This document shows, in pieces, positions 38,120-46,294 of a DNA stretch of 64,000 nt (positions are counted from its first letter, which is position 1; each line of letters begins with the position of its first letter). Source of the stretch: Myxococcales bacterium. Lineage in GTDB: Bacteria; Myxococcota_A; Polyangia; Polyangiales; DASUME01. The position numbers were made by a program, and so were the translations under genes. The stretch is from assembly GCA_047601445.1 (NCBI GenBank), contig JASGJH010000001.1, positions 2,656,001 to 2,720,000 on the forward strand, in the 5' to 3' direction. The notes beneath the pieces are model-generated. The model had not been told where the DNA came from and ran no database searches. It worked only from the letters and a program-made list of their open reading frames with translations.

Positions 38120-39490
38120 CTATCCGAACTCTGCCCCTTGGTCGCCGGCGTCTTCGTCGGCGAGGTTGTCGAAGCGGGTGTACTGATTGAAGAAGCGCAC
38201 CCTGCACGTGCCCGTGGGGCCCGCGCGCTGCTTGCCGATGATGATCTCGGCGACGCCCGCGTCGAGGCTCTCCTTGTTGTAGACCTCGTCGCGGTACACG
38301 AACCAAATCGTGTCGGCGTCCTGCTCAATGGCGCCCGACTCACGCAAATCGCTGAGCTGCGGGCGCTTGTCCTTGTTGCCGCGCGACTCCACGCCGCGGT
38401 TGAGCTGCGACAGCGCGATGATCGGGATGCCGAGCTCCTTCGCCAGGCCCTTGAGCGACCGACTGATCTCGCTGATCTCTTGCTCGCGGCTGTCGTTCTT
38501 CGTCCCGGAGCGCATCAGCTGCAGGTAGTCGATGATGATCAGACCGAGCTTCTTCTCCTTGTCCTGGGTGGCCAGGCGCCGCGCCTTGCTGCGCAGCTCC
38601 ATCAAGGTGAGACCCGGTGTATCGTCGATGAAGATCGGCAAGTCGCTGAGGAGTCCCGCCGCCTGAGCCAGCTGCGGCCAGTCGTCGCGCGAGAGCTGGC
38701 CCGTGCGCATGCGGCTCGCGTCGACGCGGGCTTCACTGCAGAGCATGCGCTTGACGAGCTGGTCTTTGGGCATTTCGAGCGAGAAGATCGCCACCGTGCA
38801 GCGCTGTGCGTGGCACGCGTTGACCCCCACGTTCAGCGCGAACGAGGTCTTGCCCATGCCGGGACGGCCAGCGATGATGATCAAGTCACCGGGGTGCATG
38901 CCCGCGGTCCGACCGTCGACCGAAGAGAAGCCCGTGGGGAGGCCCGCGATGCGCTTGCCGGCCCGCGCGAGCTCGCTGATCTGCTGGAACGCCTGCACCA
39001 CAATCTGGCTGATGGCCACTACCGAGGAGCGCGTCTGCACGTTGGCCACGTCGAACACGGCCTTCTCGGCCTGATCGAGGAACTCGTCCGTGTCGCCGTA
39101 GTCCCCGTAGCCCTTGGCGGCGACGCCGTGGCACGCCGTGATCATGCGGCGCACCAGGGACTTTTCCTTGATGATGGAGGCGTGTGCCTTGATGTTCTCC
39201 AGCGCGGGGATGGTGTCCGTGAGGCCGAGCAGGTACTCATCGCCCCCCACCGACTGCAGCTTGTTCGAGCGCGACAGGTGCTCGCGCAGTGTCACGGTGT
39301 CCACGGGCACGCTCGCGCTGTGCATGGCGAGCACGGTCTCGTAGATGCGCGCGTGGCCTTCGCTGTAGAAGTCCTCCGTCTGGATGATCTCGAGCACCGA
39401 GTCGATCACGGAGTTCTGCAGCAAGATGCCGCCAAGAACGGCGCGCTCCGCCTCAAGCGAATGCGGTGGAATGCGCTCGATTGCTCCCAT
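38120..39490 (-). CDS. dnaB: replicative DNA helicase
   Basis: PPHSLEAE, AGRPGMGKT, IIDYLQL, LSQLNR, DLRESGAIEQDAD. Confidence 0.97.
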   Translation of the reverse strand: MGAIERIPPHSLEAERAVLGGILLQNSVIDSVLEIIQTEDFYSEGHARIYETVLAMHSASVPVDTVTLREHLSRSNKLQSVGGDEYLLGLTDTIPALENIKAHASIIKEKSLVRRMITACHGVAAKGYGDYGDTDEFLDQAEKAVFDVANVQTRSSVVAISQIVVQAFQQISELARAGKRIAGLPTGFSSVDGRTAGMHPGDLIIIAGRPGMGKTSFALNVGVNACHAQRCTVAIFSLEMPKDQLVKRMLCSEARVDASRMRTGQLSRDDWPQLAQAAGLLSDLPIFIDDTPGLTLMELRSKARRLATQDKEKKLGLIIIDYLQLMRSGTKNDSREQEISEISRSLKGLAKELGIPIIALSQLNRGVESRGNKDKRPQLSDLRESGAIEQDADTIWFVYRDEVYNKESLDAGVAEIIIGKQRAGPTGTCRVRFFNQYTRFDNLADEDAGDQGAEFG

Positions 39491-39608
39491 CAACGGCCCC
39501 CGGAGCGAACGGTTCTGCCCGCGAAATGGGGCGCAGGCAAGGGTTTTCCAGTGCCCTTCATACGGAACGGGCGGAGCTCGTTGAGCCCCGCCCGCGCTTG
39601 TCAAAGGC

Positions 39609-39678
39609 TGTGGAAGAACCCCGTCTCACCTCGGATGAACTGGGGACAAACTCGCGGTTCATCCACAGCTCATCAACA
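39609..39678. promoter_or_regulatory. cluster of DnaA-box-like 9-mers upstream of dnaB
   Basis: TGTGGAAGA (39609), TGGGGACAA (39641), TCATCCACA (39659) and TCATCAACA (39670), compared with consensus TTATCCACA. Confidence 0.65.
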
Positions 39679-39719
39679 GGCGGGATTGAGCGAACGCACG
39701 GTGCGACCGTGCGCTCTCC

Positions 39720-40169
39720 TTAGCTCTTCTTGACGACGACCTTGATCTTGGCGTCCACGCCGCTGCCGAGCTTGGCAACGATGCTGTGCTCGCCGAGTTC
39801 CTTGATGCCGTCGGTAACGAGGTCCTTCTTGGCGACCTCGTAGCCCTTGGCCTTGATGGCGTCGGCGATGTCCTTGGACGTCACCGAACCATACAGGCGA
39901 TCACCCTCGCCAGCCTGGCGCGTGATCTCGACCGTGATGCCCGACAGCTGGGTGGCGAGCGCGGTGGCGCTGGCCTTGAGCTTGGCGGCACGGCCGATGG
40001 CTTGCTTCTTCTGCTCCTCGACCTGACGGATGCTTCCGGCAGTCGCGAGGGCAGCTACGCCACGGGGGAGGAGGAAGTTGCGAGCATAACCGGCGCGCAC
40101 GCGAACGAGCTCGCCCGCCGTGCCGAGATGCTGAACGTCCTCACGAAGTACAACGCGAACGTGCGCCAT
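39720..40169 (-). CDS. rplI: 50S ribosomal protein L9
   Basis: GYARNFLLPRG, LYGSVT. Confidence 0.97.
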   Translation of the reverse strand: MAHVRVVLREDVQHLGTAGELVRVRAGYARNFLLPRGVAALATAGSIRQVEEQKKQAIGRAAKLKASATALATQLSGITVEITRQAGEGDRLYGSVTSKDIADAIKAKGYEVAKKDLVTDGIKELGEHSIVAKLGSGVDAKIKVVVKKS

Positions 40170-40172
40170 GGC

Positions 40173-40478
40173 TCACCCCTTAACCGTGTAGGGCAGAAGG
40201 CCCAGGTTACGAGCGCGCTTGATCGCCGTGGTGAGGGCGCGCTGCTGCTTGGCGGTGAGACCGCTGATGCGACGCGGAGAGATCTTGCCGCGGTCCGTCA
40301 GGAAGTAACGGAGCTGCTGGGGATCCTTGTGGTCGAACTTGAAGCCCGCCTCGAGCGTGAACGCCGGAGGACGCTTCTTGCCCGAGCGCCGACGGCGTAG
40401 ACCGAGCGGGTCGTCGTTGCGGACGCGGCCGCCGCCGTCGCCGTCGTTGTCCTGCATATCGTCTTGCTGGTTGCTCAT
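40173..40478 (-). CDS. rpsR: 30S ribosomal protein S18 (Cys-free)
   Basis: DHKD..LRYFLTDRGKISPRRISG..QRAL..AIKRAR..LLPY. Confidence 0.95.
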   Translation of the reverse strand: MSNQQDDMQDNDGDGGGRVRNDDPLGLRRRRSGKKRPPAFTLEAGFKFDHKDPQQLRYFLTDRGKISPRRISGLTAKQQRALTTAIKRARNLGLLPYTVKG

Positions 40479-41005
40479 GACTCACCTCGGCTCGCCGCGG
40501 GCTCCGCGTTCAGGTCAGGCACGTCGTCCACGTCTTCGGGGTCCAGGTCGTCTTCTTCACGCTGCTTGCGGAAGGCGGACGGCACGAGGCCCAGACGCTG
40601 CTCGAAGCTGAGCTCCTCTTCGGGCTCGGCGGGCAGCACGGGGGAGAACTTGATCTCCTCCGGATCCACGGCGACCTCTTCGGTGACGTGGGGGTTGAGC
40701 AGGTTGCTCTGGTAGCGCAGGACGCTATCGGCGATGCGCAGGTTGCGCTCGATCTCGGCCGTGACACCAGCGCGCGCGATGAACTTCACGTAGATGAAGA
40801 TGCCGCGCGTGTTCTTCCTGATGACGTAGGCGAGTTTGCGGCGACCCCAGTTGTCGAGCTTGAGCAACTTGCCCCCGAAGCTCGCAACGATCTCGGTCAC
40901 CTTGCCATTGATGCGCTCCGCTTCCGCGTTGTCGGAATTGGGAGCGAGGACGTACACGACTTCGTATTCGCGAAGCCTGTCCTTGGCTGCTTGTGCTGCT
41001 GACAT
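40475..41005 (-). CDS. rpsF: 30S ribosomal protein S6 with long acidic C-terminal tail
   Basis: REYEVVYVL, WGRRKLAYVI; GAGGAG RBS. Confidence 0.95.
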   Translation of the reverse strand: MSAAQAAKDRLREYEVVYVLAPNSDNAEAERINGKVTEIVASFGGKLLKLDNWGRRKLAYVIRKNTRGIFIYVKFIARAGVTAEIERNLRIADSVLRYQSNLLNPHVTEEVAVDPEEIKFSPVLPAEPEEELSFEQRLGLVPSAFRKQREEDDLDPEDVDDVPDLNAEPAASRGES

Positions 41006-41011
41006 GTCTGA

Positions 41012-41062
41012 CTCCTCTCGGACTAGACGGCGCAAGTCCCTGTTCGGGCCTGCGCGAGGAGA
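41012..41062 (-). promoter_or_regulatory. putative S6:S18 ribosomal protein leader
   Basis: Minus strand CUCCUC-GCGCAGG-CCC-gaaca-GGG-a-CUUGCGC-cgucuagu-CCG-A-GAGGAG. The stem sequesters the SD, with an unpaired CCG beside it. Confidence 0.65.
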
Positions 41063-41126
41063 GCGAGTGCCGCACCATTGCGAGCTCTCGCTTCCACCAG
41101 GTTGGCGAGAGCCTTCCTGGTAACCT

Positions 41127-41696
41127 TCAGGAACGGGGCTTCTTGTCCCGCGCGTTGAAGGTGTTCATCGCTTGCGCGACGCCTTTGGCGAGGATGGTCT
41201 CCACGCCAAGGGCCGCAGCTTGTAGCACATCCCCGAGAACTGGCTTCTCGGAGGCCGAAAATTCCCCCAGGACATGGGATACGCCCTCCCCCCGAGGACG
41301 ACCGATCCCTACCCTCAGGCGGGGAAAGCCCTCTCCGCCGCAGTGCTGCATGATGGAGCGCAAACCGTTGTGTCCCGCCGCCCCGCCACCCTGCTTGAGT
41401 CGGCACTCTCCGAAGGGCACATCGAGCTCGTCGTGCACCACCAGCACGTCCTTGAGCTCCACTTTGAAGAACTGCATGGCCTGCTGCACCGACTCGCCGC
41501 TCAGATTCATGAAGGTCTGGGGCTTGAGCAAGGCCACGTCGGGGCTGGTGGATCGCGCGAAAACACCCGAGAATTTCTCGCGAAACGGGCCCGCCTTGAA
41601 GCGCTCGGCGAGCAGCTCCACGACCATGAACCCCACGTTGTGGCGGGTCGCCGCATACTTCTGACCGGGATTTCCGAGTCCCACCACGAGCAGCAC
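41127..41696 (-). CDS. pth: peptidyl-tRNA hydrolase
   Basis: VGLGNPG..Y..TRHNVGF, KPQTFMNLSG, HDELD, GHNGL; GTG start with GGAGG RBS. Confidence 0.96.
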   Translation of the reverse strand: MLLVVGLGNPGQKYAATRHNVGFMVVELLAERFKAGPFREKFSGVFARSTSPDVALLKPQTFMNLSGESVQQAMQFFKVELKDVLVVHDELDVPFGECRLKQGGGAAGHNGLRSIMQHCGGEGFPRLRVGIGRPRGEGVSHVLGEFSASEKPVLGDVLQAAALGVETILAKGVAQAMNTFNARDKKPRS

Positions 41697-41804
41697 GGGC
41701 AGCCTCCGAGCGGCAGCGGGCACTCGTCCCGCGTACCCCATAAACACATACGGCTCGCGGCGTGAGGCCACGCGCGAGCCGCTTCAGGATGATGACAGAG
41801 GGGG

Positions 41805-42449
41805 TTACTTCTTGGCAGCCGGCTTGGCAGCCGGAGCGGCCGCAGCGGCCGGAGCAGCGGCGGCAGCGCCAGGAGCGGCCTCTTCCTCGGGCGCCACCTT
41901 GATCTCGGTGGAGCAGAGCACGACGGCGCGCTCGGCGGGCAGCACGATCTCGCCAGCCTCGAGCTTCACGTCCTTCACCTTGATGCTCTCCATCATGTCG
42001 AGGTTCTCGACATTGAGCACGATCTCGGCGGGGACCTTGTCGGGCGTGACGCGCACGGGCAGCGTGCGGAAGTGGACGCGCACGGCGCCACCCTTGACCA
42101 CGCCCTTGGCGCGACCGGTGGTCTTGAGCGGCACGTCGTAGACCGCCGCGCGATCGAGCGACACGCGGTAAAAGTCCGCGTGGCGGACGTCACGCGAGAG
42201 CGGGTGGACGTCGAGGTCGCGCACCACGGCGAGCTCCTTGGTGCCCCCGATGTCGAGCTCGATCAACTGGTTGCGACGGAACGCCGTAGTAAGGACCTTG
42301 GTGAGCGCCGCCGGATCCACCGCGAGCGCCTTCGTGTCACCGCCGGGCCCGTACAGCACCGCGGGGATCTTGCCCCCGAAACGGAGCTGACGTGCCGACC
42401 CCTTTCCGCGTCCAGTGCGGACCTCAGCCGGTAGCGTCTGCTTTTCCAT
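41805..42449 (-). CDS. rplY: 50S ribosomal protein L25/Ctc
   Basis: GKGSARQLR..IPAVLYG, HADF, GVVKGG; located between prs and pth. Confidence 0.93.
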   Translation of the reverse strand: MEKQTLPAEVRTGRGKGSARQLRFGGKIPAVLYGPGGDTKALAVDPAALTKVLTTAFRRNQLIELDIGGTKELAVVRDLDVHPLSRDVRHADFYRVSLDRAAVYDVPLKTTGRAKGVVKGGAVRVHFRTLPVRVTPDKVPAEIVLNVENLDMMESIKVKDVKLEAGEIVLPAERAVVLCSTEIKVAPEEEAAPGAAAAAPAAAAAPAAKPAAKK

Positions 42450-42512
42450 GACTCGTTCCTTCTTTCTTTACGTTTGTCGAAGCGCGCCCTCGGGCGCGCG
42501 AGCAGAAAAGAT

Positions 42513-43457
42513 TCACACGAACAGCGAACTCACGGAGTCGCCGTTGTGGATGCGCTTGATGGCCTCGCCCAGCAGACGGGAGACCCCGAGAACCTTGATT
42601 TTGCCGATCTTCTGCGCGGCCTCGCTGAGCGGGATGGTGTCGGACACCACGACCTCGTCGAGCACCGAGTTGGCGATGCGGTCCACCGCCGGTCCGCTCA
42701 ACACCGCGTGGGTCGCCGAGGCGCTCACGCTGCGGGCGCCCTTGTCCTTGAGGGCCCGGGCGGCGTTGGTGAGGGTGCCGGCGGTGTCGATCATGTCGTC
42801 GAGGATGACGCAGTCGCGCCCCTCCACATCACCGATCACGTTCATCACTTCACTGACGTTGGCCCGCTCGCGACGCTTGTCGACGATGGCGAGGTCCACG
42901 TCGAGCCGCTTGGCGTAGGCGCGCGTGCGCTCCACGCCGCCCGCATCGGGGGACACGAAGACCGGCTTCTCGTGGGCATAGCGCGTGCGCAGGTAGTCCA
43001 GGAACACGGGCATCGCGTAGAGGTGGTCGAACGGGATGCTGTAGAAGCCCTGGATCTGACCGGCATGCAGGTCCACCGAGACCACGCGCTGGACACCGGC
43101 AGCGGTGAGCAGGTCGGCCACCAGCTTGGCGGTGATGGGCGTGCGCGGCGCGACCTTGCGGTCCTGACGGCCGTAGCCGTAGTACGGGAGCACCGCGGTG
43201 ATGGATCCGGCCGAGGCGCGCTTGAGGGCGTCGACCATGATCAGCAGCTCCATGAGATTGTCGTTCACGGGCGCGCAGGTGGGCTGCACCACGTAGACGT
43301 CGACCCCGCGCACGTTCTCCTGGATCTCGGTGAAGATCTCGCCATCGGAGAAGCGTGAGAGCTTGCTCCGGCCCAGGGGGATCTCGAGATAGTCCGCGAT
43401 TTGAGCGGCGAGGGGGGCGTTGGCCCGACCTGAGAAGATGCTGATCGACTTGAACAT
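42513..43457 (-). CDS. prs: ribose-phosphate pyrophosphokinase
   Basis: [39 protein letters not shown]. Confidence 0.97.
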   Translation of the reverse strand: MFKSISIFSGRANAPLAAQIADYLEIPLGRSKLSRFSDGEIFTEIQENVRGVDVYVVQPTCAPVNDNLMELLIMVDALKRASAGSITAVLPYYGYGRQDRKVAPRTPITAKLVADLLTAAGVQRVVSVDLHAGQIQGFYSIPFDHLYAMPVFLDYLRTRYAHEKPVFVSPDAGGVERTRAYAKRLDVDLAIVDKRRERANVSEVMNVIGDVEGRDCVILDDMIDTAGTLTNAARALKDKGARSVSASATHAVLSGPAVDRIANSVLDEVVVSDTIPLSEAAQKIGKIKVLGVSRLLGEAIKRIHNGDSVSSLFV

Positions 43458-43536
43458 CAGTTTGCCTCGCTGGTTCAGACCGGTTGGCCAAGGCATAGCT
43501 AGCGATCGGACCACAGGGGACGGAAAAAGGTGGCGA

Positions 43537-43564
43537 GGTCTAGCATCGAGGGCCCTCGTGTCAA
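43537..43564 (-). promoter_or_regulatory. putative sigma70 promoter of prs-rplY-pth operon
   Basis: Minus strand TTGACA, 16-nt spacer ending TGC, then TAGACC. Confidence 0.55.
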
Positions 43565-43720
43565 CGGCGGGGACCGCCTGATCTCGGGCTAAATCGCCGT
43601 GTTTTCAGGATTTTGTGGAAACGCTAGCGGCGTTCATGGTGGGCCCGTGGAAGCGTCTCTCCCGCCCCGTGAGCACGACTTCCTTGGCGGGCCCCGGTCC
43701 GCGCCTGCATAACCGCGCCC

Positions 43721-44932
43721 GTGAGTCGCCTGCCGTTCATCGATTGGGCCCGTGGCTTCGCCGTTTTCGCCATGGTCCTGTGGCACACGGGCGACGGCTG
43801 GTTGAGCGCCGATCAGCGCACGGGCCAAGCCTGGGTCGCCCTGCGCTTCGTGGGCGGGCTCGCGGCTCCCTCCTTCTTGTTCCTGGCAGGCAGCGCCGCG
43901 GCGCTGTCGGTGCGACCAGGGCAAGACGCGGCCGCGGCGCAGCGGGCTTTCGCGGGGGCTGCCAGTCGCGGCCTCGAGGTGCTGTTGATCGGCTACATGC
44001 TGCGGCTCCAGACCTGGCTGGTGGACGCGGGCGCACTGATTCAGTGGTGGCTCGTGCGCGCCTGGTTGCCCATCGCGCTCGGCTACGGACTCCTGTTCGT
44101 GAGCTTGAGGCGTTGGGGGTCGGGCCAGCGGGTGTGGCCGCGGGCGCTGCTCGCCGTGCTTCTTTGCGGCGTCGGCTTCTGGCAAGTGGAGCCCCTGGCG
44201 CCGGGTCGCCTCCCGCGTCTACTCCAGGTCGACGTGCTGCAAGCGATCGGCGCCTCGCTGTTCTTGCTGGCCTTGGGACAGCGCAGCGTGCGCCTCCTCG
44301 AACGTCCCGCGCTGCTCTCGCTGCTCGGCGCAGCGATCGCCGGCTGGACCGACTACCTGACACGCGCGATGCCCGGCCCCTTGCCGCGCGCTCTGGCCGG
44401 CTACGTGGCCAAGTTCGAGGTGCCCGCCGGCACCCCCGTCCCCGCGCTTTTCCCGCTCTTTCCATGGTTGGCTTACGCCTTCCTGGGCGCAGCGTGGGCC
44501 ACGATCCTCAAGCGCGCGCGTGGCCAGGAGGAGCGCGTGATCGTGGGATCAGCCTTGCTAGGGGCGCTCCTCGCGCTCCTCACCAGCGAAGCCCAACCCT
44601 TCGTGCACGGCTGGATCGCGTTTCAGGGGTGGTTGATCCATCCGATCCGGGTCGGCTTCCGGATTGGCATCGTGCTCACCATCCTGATGCTGGGATGGCT
44701 CTGGGCGAGCGGTCGGCGCGGGCGTATCGGGCTCGCCTTCGGCCAAAACTCGCTGCGGATCTACTGGGCCCACATGTTGTTCGCGTACGGGGTCCTGGGG
44801 CGCGCGCTGCAGAAAAAACTGAGCTTTGGTGCCTGGGCTTTGTGGTTGCTGCCACTGTTTGGGGCCATGTGGTGCTTGACACGGGCGACGGTCAGCCGGA
44901 CCAAGACGCCGGCCGCGAACGTCCGAACATAG
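43721..44932 (+). CDS. membrane acyltransferase-like protein (DUF1624/HGSNAT catalytic-domain type)
   Basis: IDWARGFAVFAMVLWH, APSFLFLAG, DVLQAIG, FPLFPW, GQNSL..YWAH; many TM segments. Confidence 0.75.
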   Translation: MSRLPFIDWARGFAVFAMVLWHTGDGWLSADQRTGQAWVALRFVGGLAAPSFLFLAGSAAALSVRPGQDAAAAQRAFAGAASRGLEVLLIGYMLRLQTWLVDAGALIQWWLVRAWLPIALGYGLLFVSLRRWGSGQRVWPRALLAVLLCGVGFWQVEPLAPGRLPRLLQVDVLQAIGASLFLLALGQRSVRLLERPALLSLLGAAIAGWTDYLTRAMPGPLPRALAGYVAKFEVPAGTPVPALFPLFPWLAYAFLGAAWATILKRARGQEERVIVGSALLGALLALLTSEAQPFVHGWIAFQGWLIHPIRVGFRIGIVLTILMLGWLWASGRRGRIGLAFGQNSLRIYWAHMLFAYGVLGRALQKKLSFGAWALWLLPLFGAMWCLTRATVSRTKTPAANVRT

Positions 44933-44993
44933 GGCTTGAGCCCCGTGATGGGAGCGTTTATAAGTCTCAGCCCCGATACGAACAGGAGTTGAG

Positions 44994-45833
44994 ATGGCGT
45001 CGACCGTGCTGCTCTTTACGGACCGCGCTGGCTTTCACGATGCGTGGAAGTCCGCTTGCGAGCGCGCTGGACTGTTCTCGGTTGTGCAGCCTCCAGATGC
45101 AGCAGCCACGGCCCTCACTCGCGGTACCTTGGCGGTGTTCGATGCCGCCTCGCGCGGGTTCGACGAAGACGAACTGTTGGCGTGGATCGGACTCGCGCGT
45201 GCGCTTGGCGCGTCGCCCGCGGTGGCGCTCTCCGACGACGGGCAGTTCTCGACGATTGAAGATCTGCTGCAGGAGCTGTGCGCTGGGCTCGTGGCGCGCG
45301 GCGATCTCGAAGTCAGTAAGGTGTGTGCCGGCCTGGCGCGTCGCGCTGATACCGACCGCGACGTGCGTTTCGAGTATCTCTCTGTTTCGCCACGCGGCGG
45401 CGAGCTGCTGGCGATCTTCGGCAGCGGCCAGGCGTTGATCCTGCCGCGGCCCGTCGGCGCCGAGGATGACGGAAGCGAGGTCGAGGCCATCGAGCTCGGT
45501 CAAGACGCGCGCACGGCCGAGGTGAAACTCAGCAGCGGCAAGCAGCTCGCGTTGGCGGCCGCCGATCTCCAGGATCGCAAGGACACGCCGGAGCTCGCCC
45601 CCGCCAGCGTGCCGGCGTCGCTCGGTGACGTCGATGGCGTCCGCCTCGGTCAGCGCCTGCGCGCGCTGCGTCTTGCAGCCGGGCTCACGCAGGCCGAGCT
45701 CGCGCGCCGCACCGGGATCCACCGCCCGAACATCGCCCGCGTGGAAGCCGGACGCCACACTCCCTCGTTGGAAACGCTCGCGCGCCTTGCCGCCGCGATC
45801 GGCGTGCCGACGACCAAAGTGCTCGCCGGCTGA
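44994..45833 (+). CDS. XRE-family regulator with extended N-terminal region (receiver-like plus beta domain)
   Basis: C-terminal LGQRLRALRLAAGLTQAELARRTGIHRPNIARVEAG..PSLETL; AGGAG RBS. Confidence 0.85.
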   Translation: MASTVLLFTDRAGFHDAWKSACERAGLFSVVQPPDAAATALTRGTLAVFDAASRGFDEDELLAWIGLARALGASPAVALSDDGQFSTIEDLLQELCAGLVARGDLEVSKVCAGLARRADTDRDVRFEYLSVSPRGGELLAIFGSGQALILPRPVGAEDDGSEVEAIELGQDARTAEVKLSSGKQLALAAADLQDRKDTPELAPASVPASLGDVDGVRLGQRLRALRLAAGLTQAELARRTGIHRPNIARVEAGRHTPSLETLARLAAAIGVPTTKVLAG

Positions 45834-45898
45834 GGTCCAACCAGACGATGCTCGACACCACGCGCGTTCGCTTCGATCGCGATGTGGCGGCGTGCCGT

Positions 45899-46125
45899 GA
45901 GCGAGCCGAACTAGCTCACTCGCAGGACCTTAAAACAACAACCGAAGCCCCAGCGCGCGGATGCGAGGCGGGAAGTGCACCCACGCGCTGGAGCTCGATA
46001 CCGTTGATTGCCGACCTTCGAGGAGTGTGCCCTGTCGATCACCAAGATAAGGGAAGCACGAAATGGGGGGTGTGCTCTTGGTAAGCCGGGAAGAGGCTGA
46101 TCGGGGCCTCGCAAGAAGGAGCCAT
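45899..46125 (-). ncRNA. candidate structured non-coding RNA (unassigned family)
   Basis: 19-bp helix 45946-45964/45977-45995 with three G-U pairs on the minus strand only; further hairpins, a three-way junction, C/U-rich loops and a U-rich tract. Confidence 0.55.
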
Positions 46126-46294
46126 CACGTTCAAAGCAAAGGTAAGCGTCTAAGTTGAAAAGCGTTCAAGCCAAGACAAGCGAATCAGAGGGGCGCGACG
46201 AAAACCTGACGGGCTCCGCAGCCAGCGGTAGGGACGCTGCAAGAACCAGTTCCCGGCGCGCACATTTTGTTGGTGGAGCCAACCCAACCACTCT

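Noticed and set aside
39491..39719. Possible oriC
   Set aside because: DnaA-like boxes are present, but the region is short, lacks an AT-rich unwinding element and has no dnaA/dnaN context.
43458..43720. Expected tRNA-Gln upstream of prs
   Set aside because: No cloverleaf or TTCGA T-loop could be found on either strand.
45848..46114. Small ORFs 45848-46084 (+) and 45911-46114 (-)
   Set aside because: Atypical codon usage, no clear RBS or motifs; the region is better explained as structured RNA.
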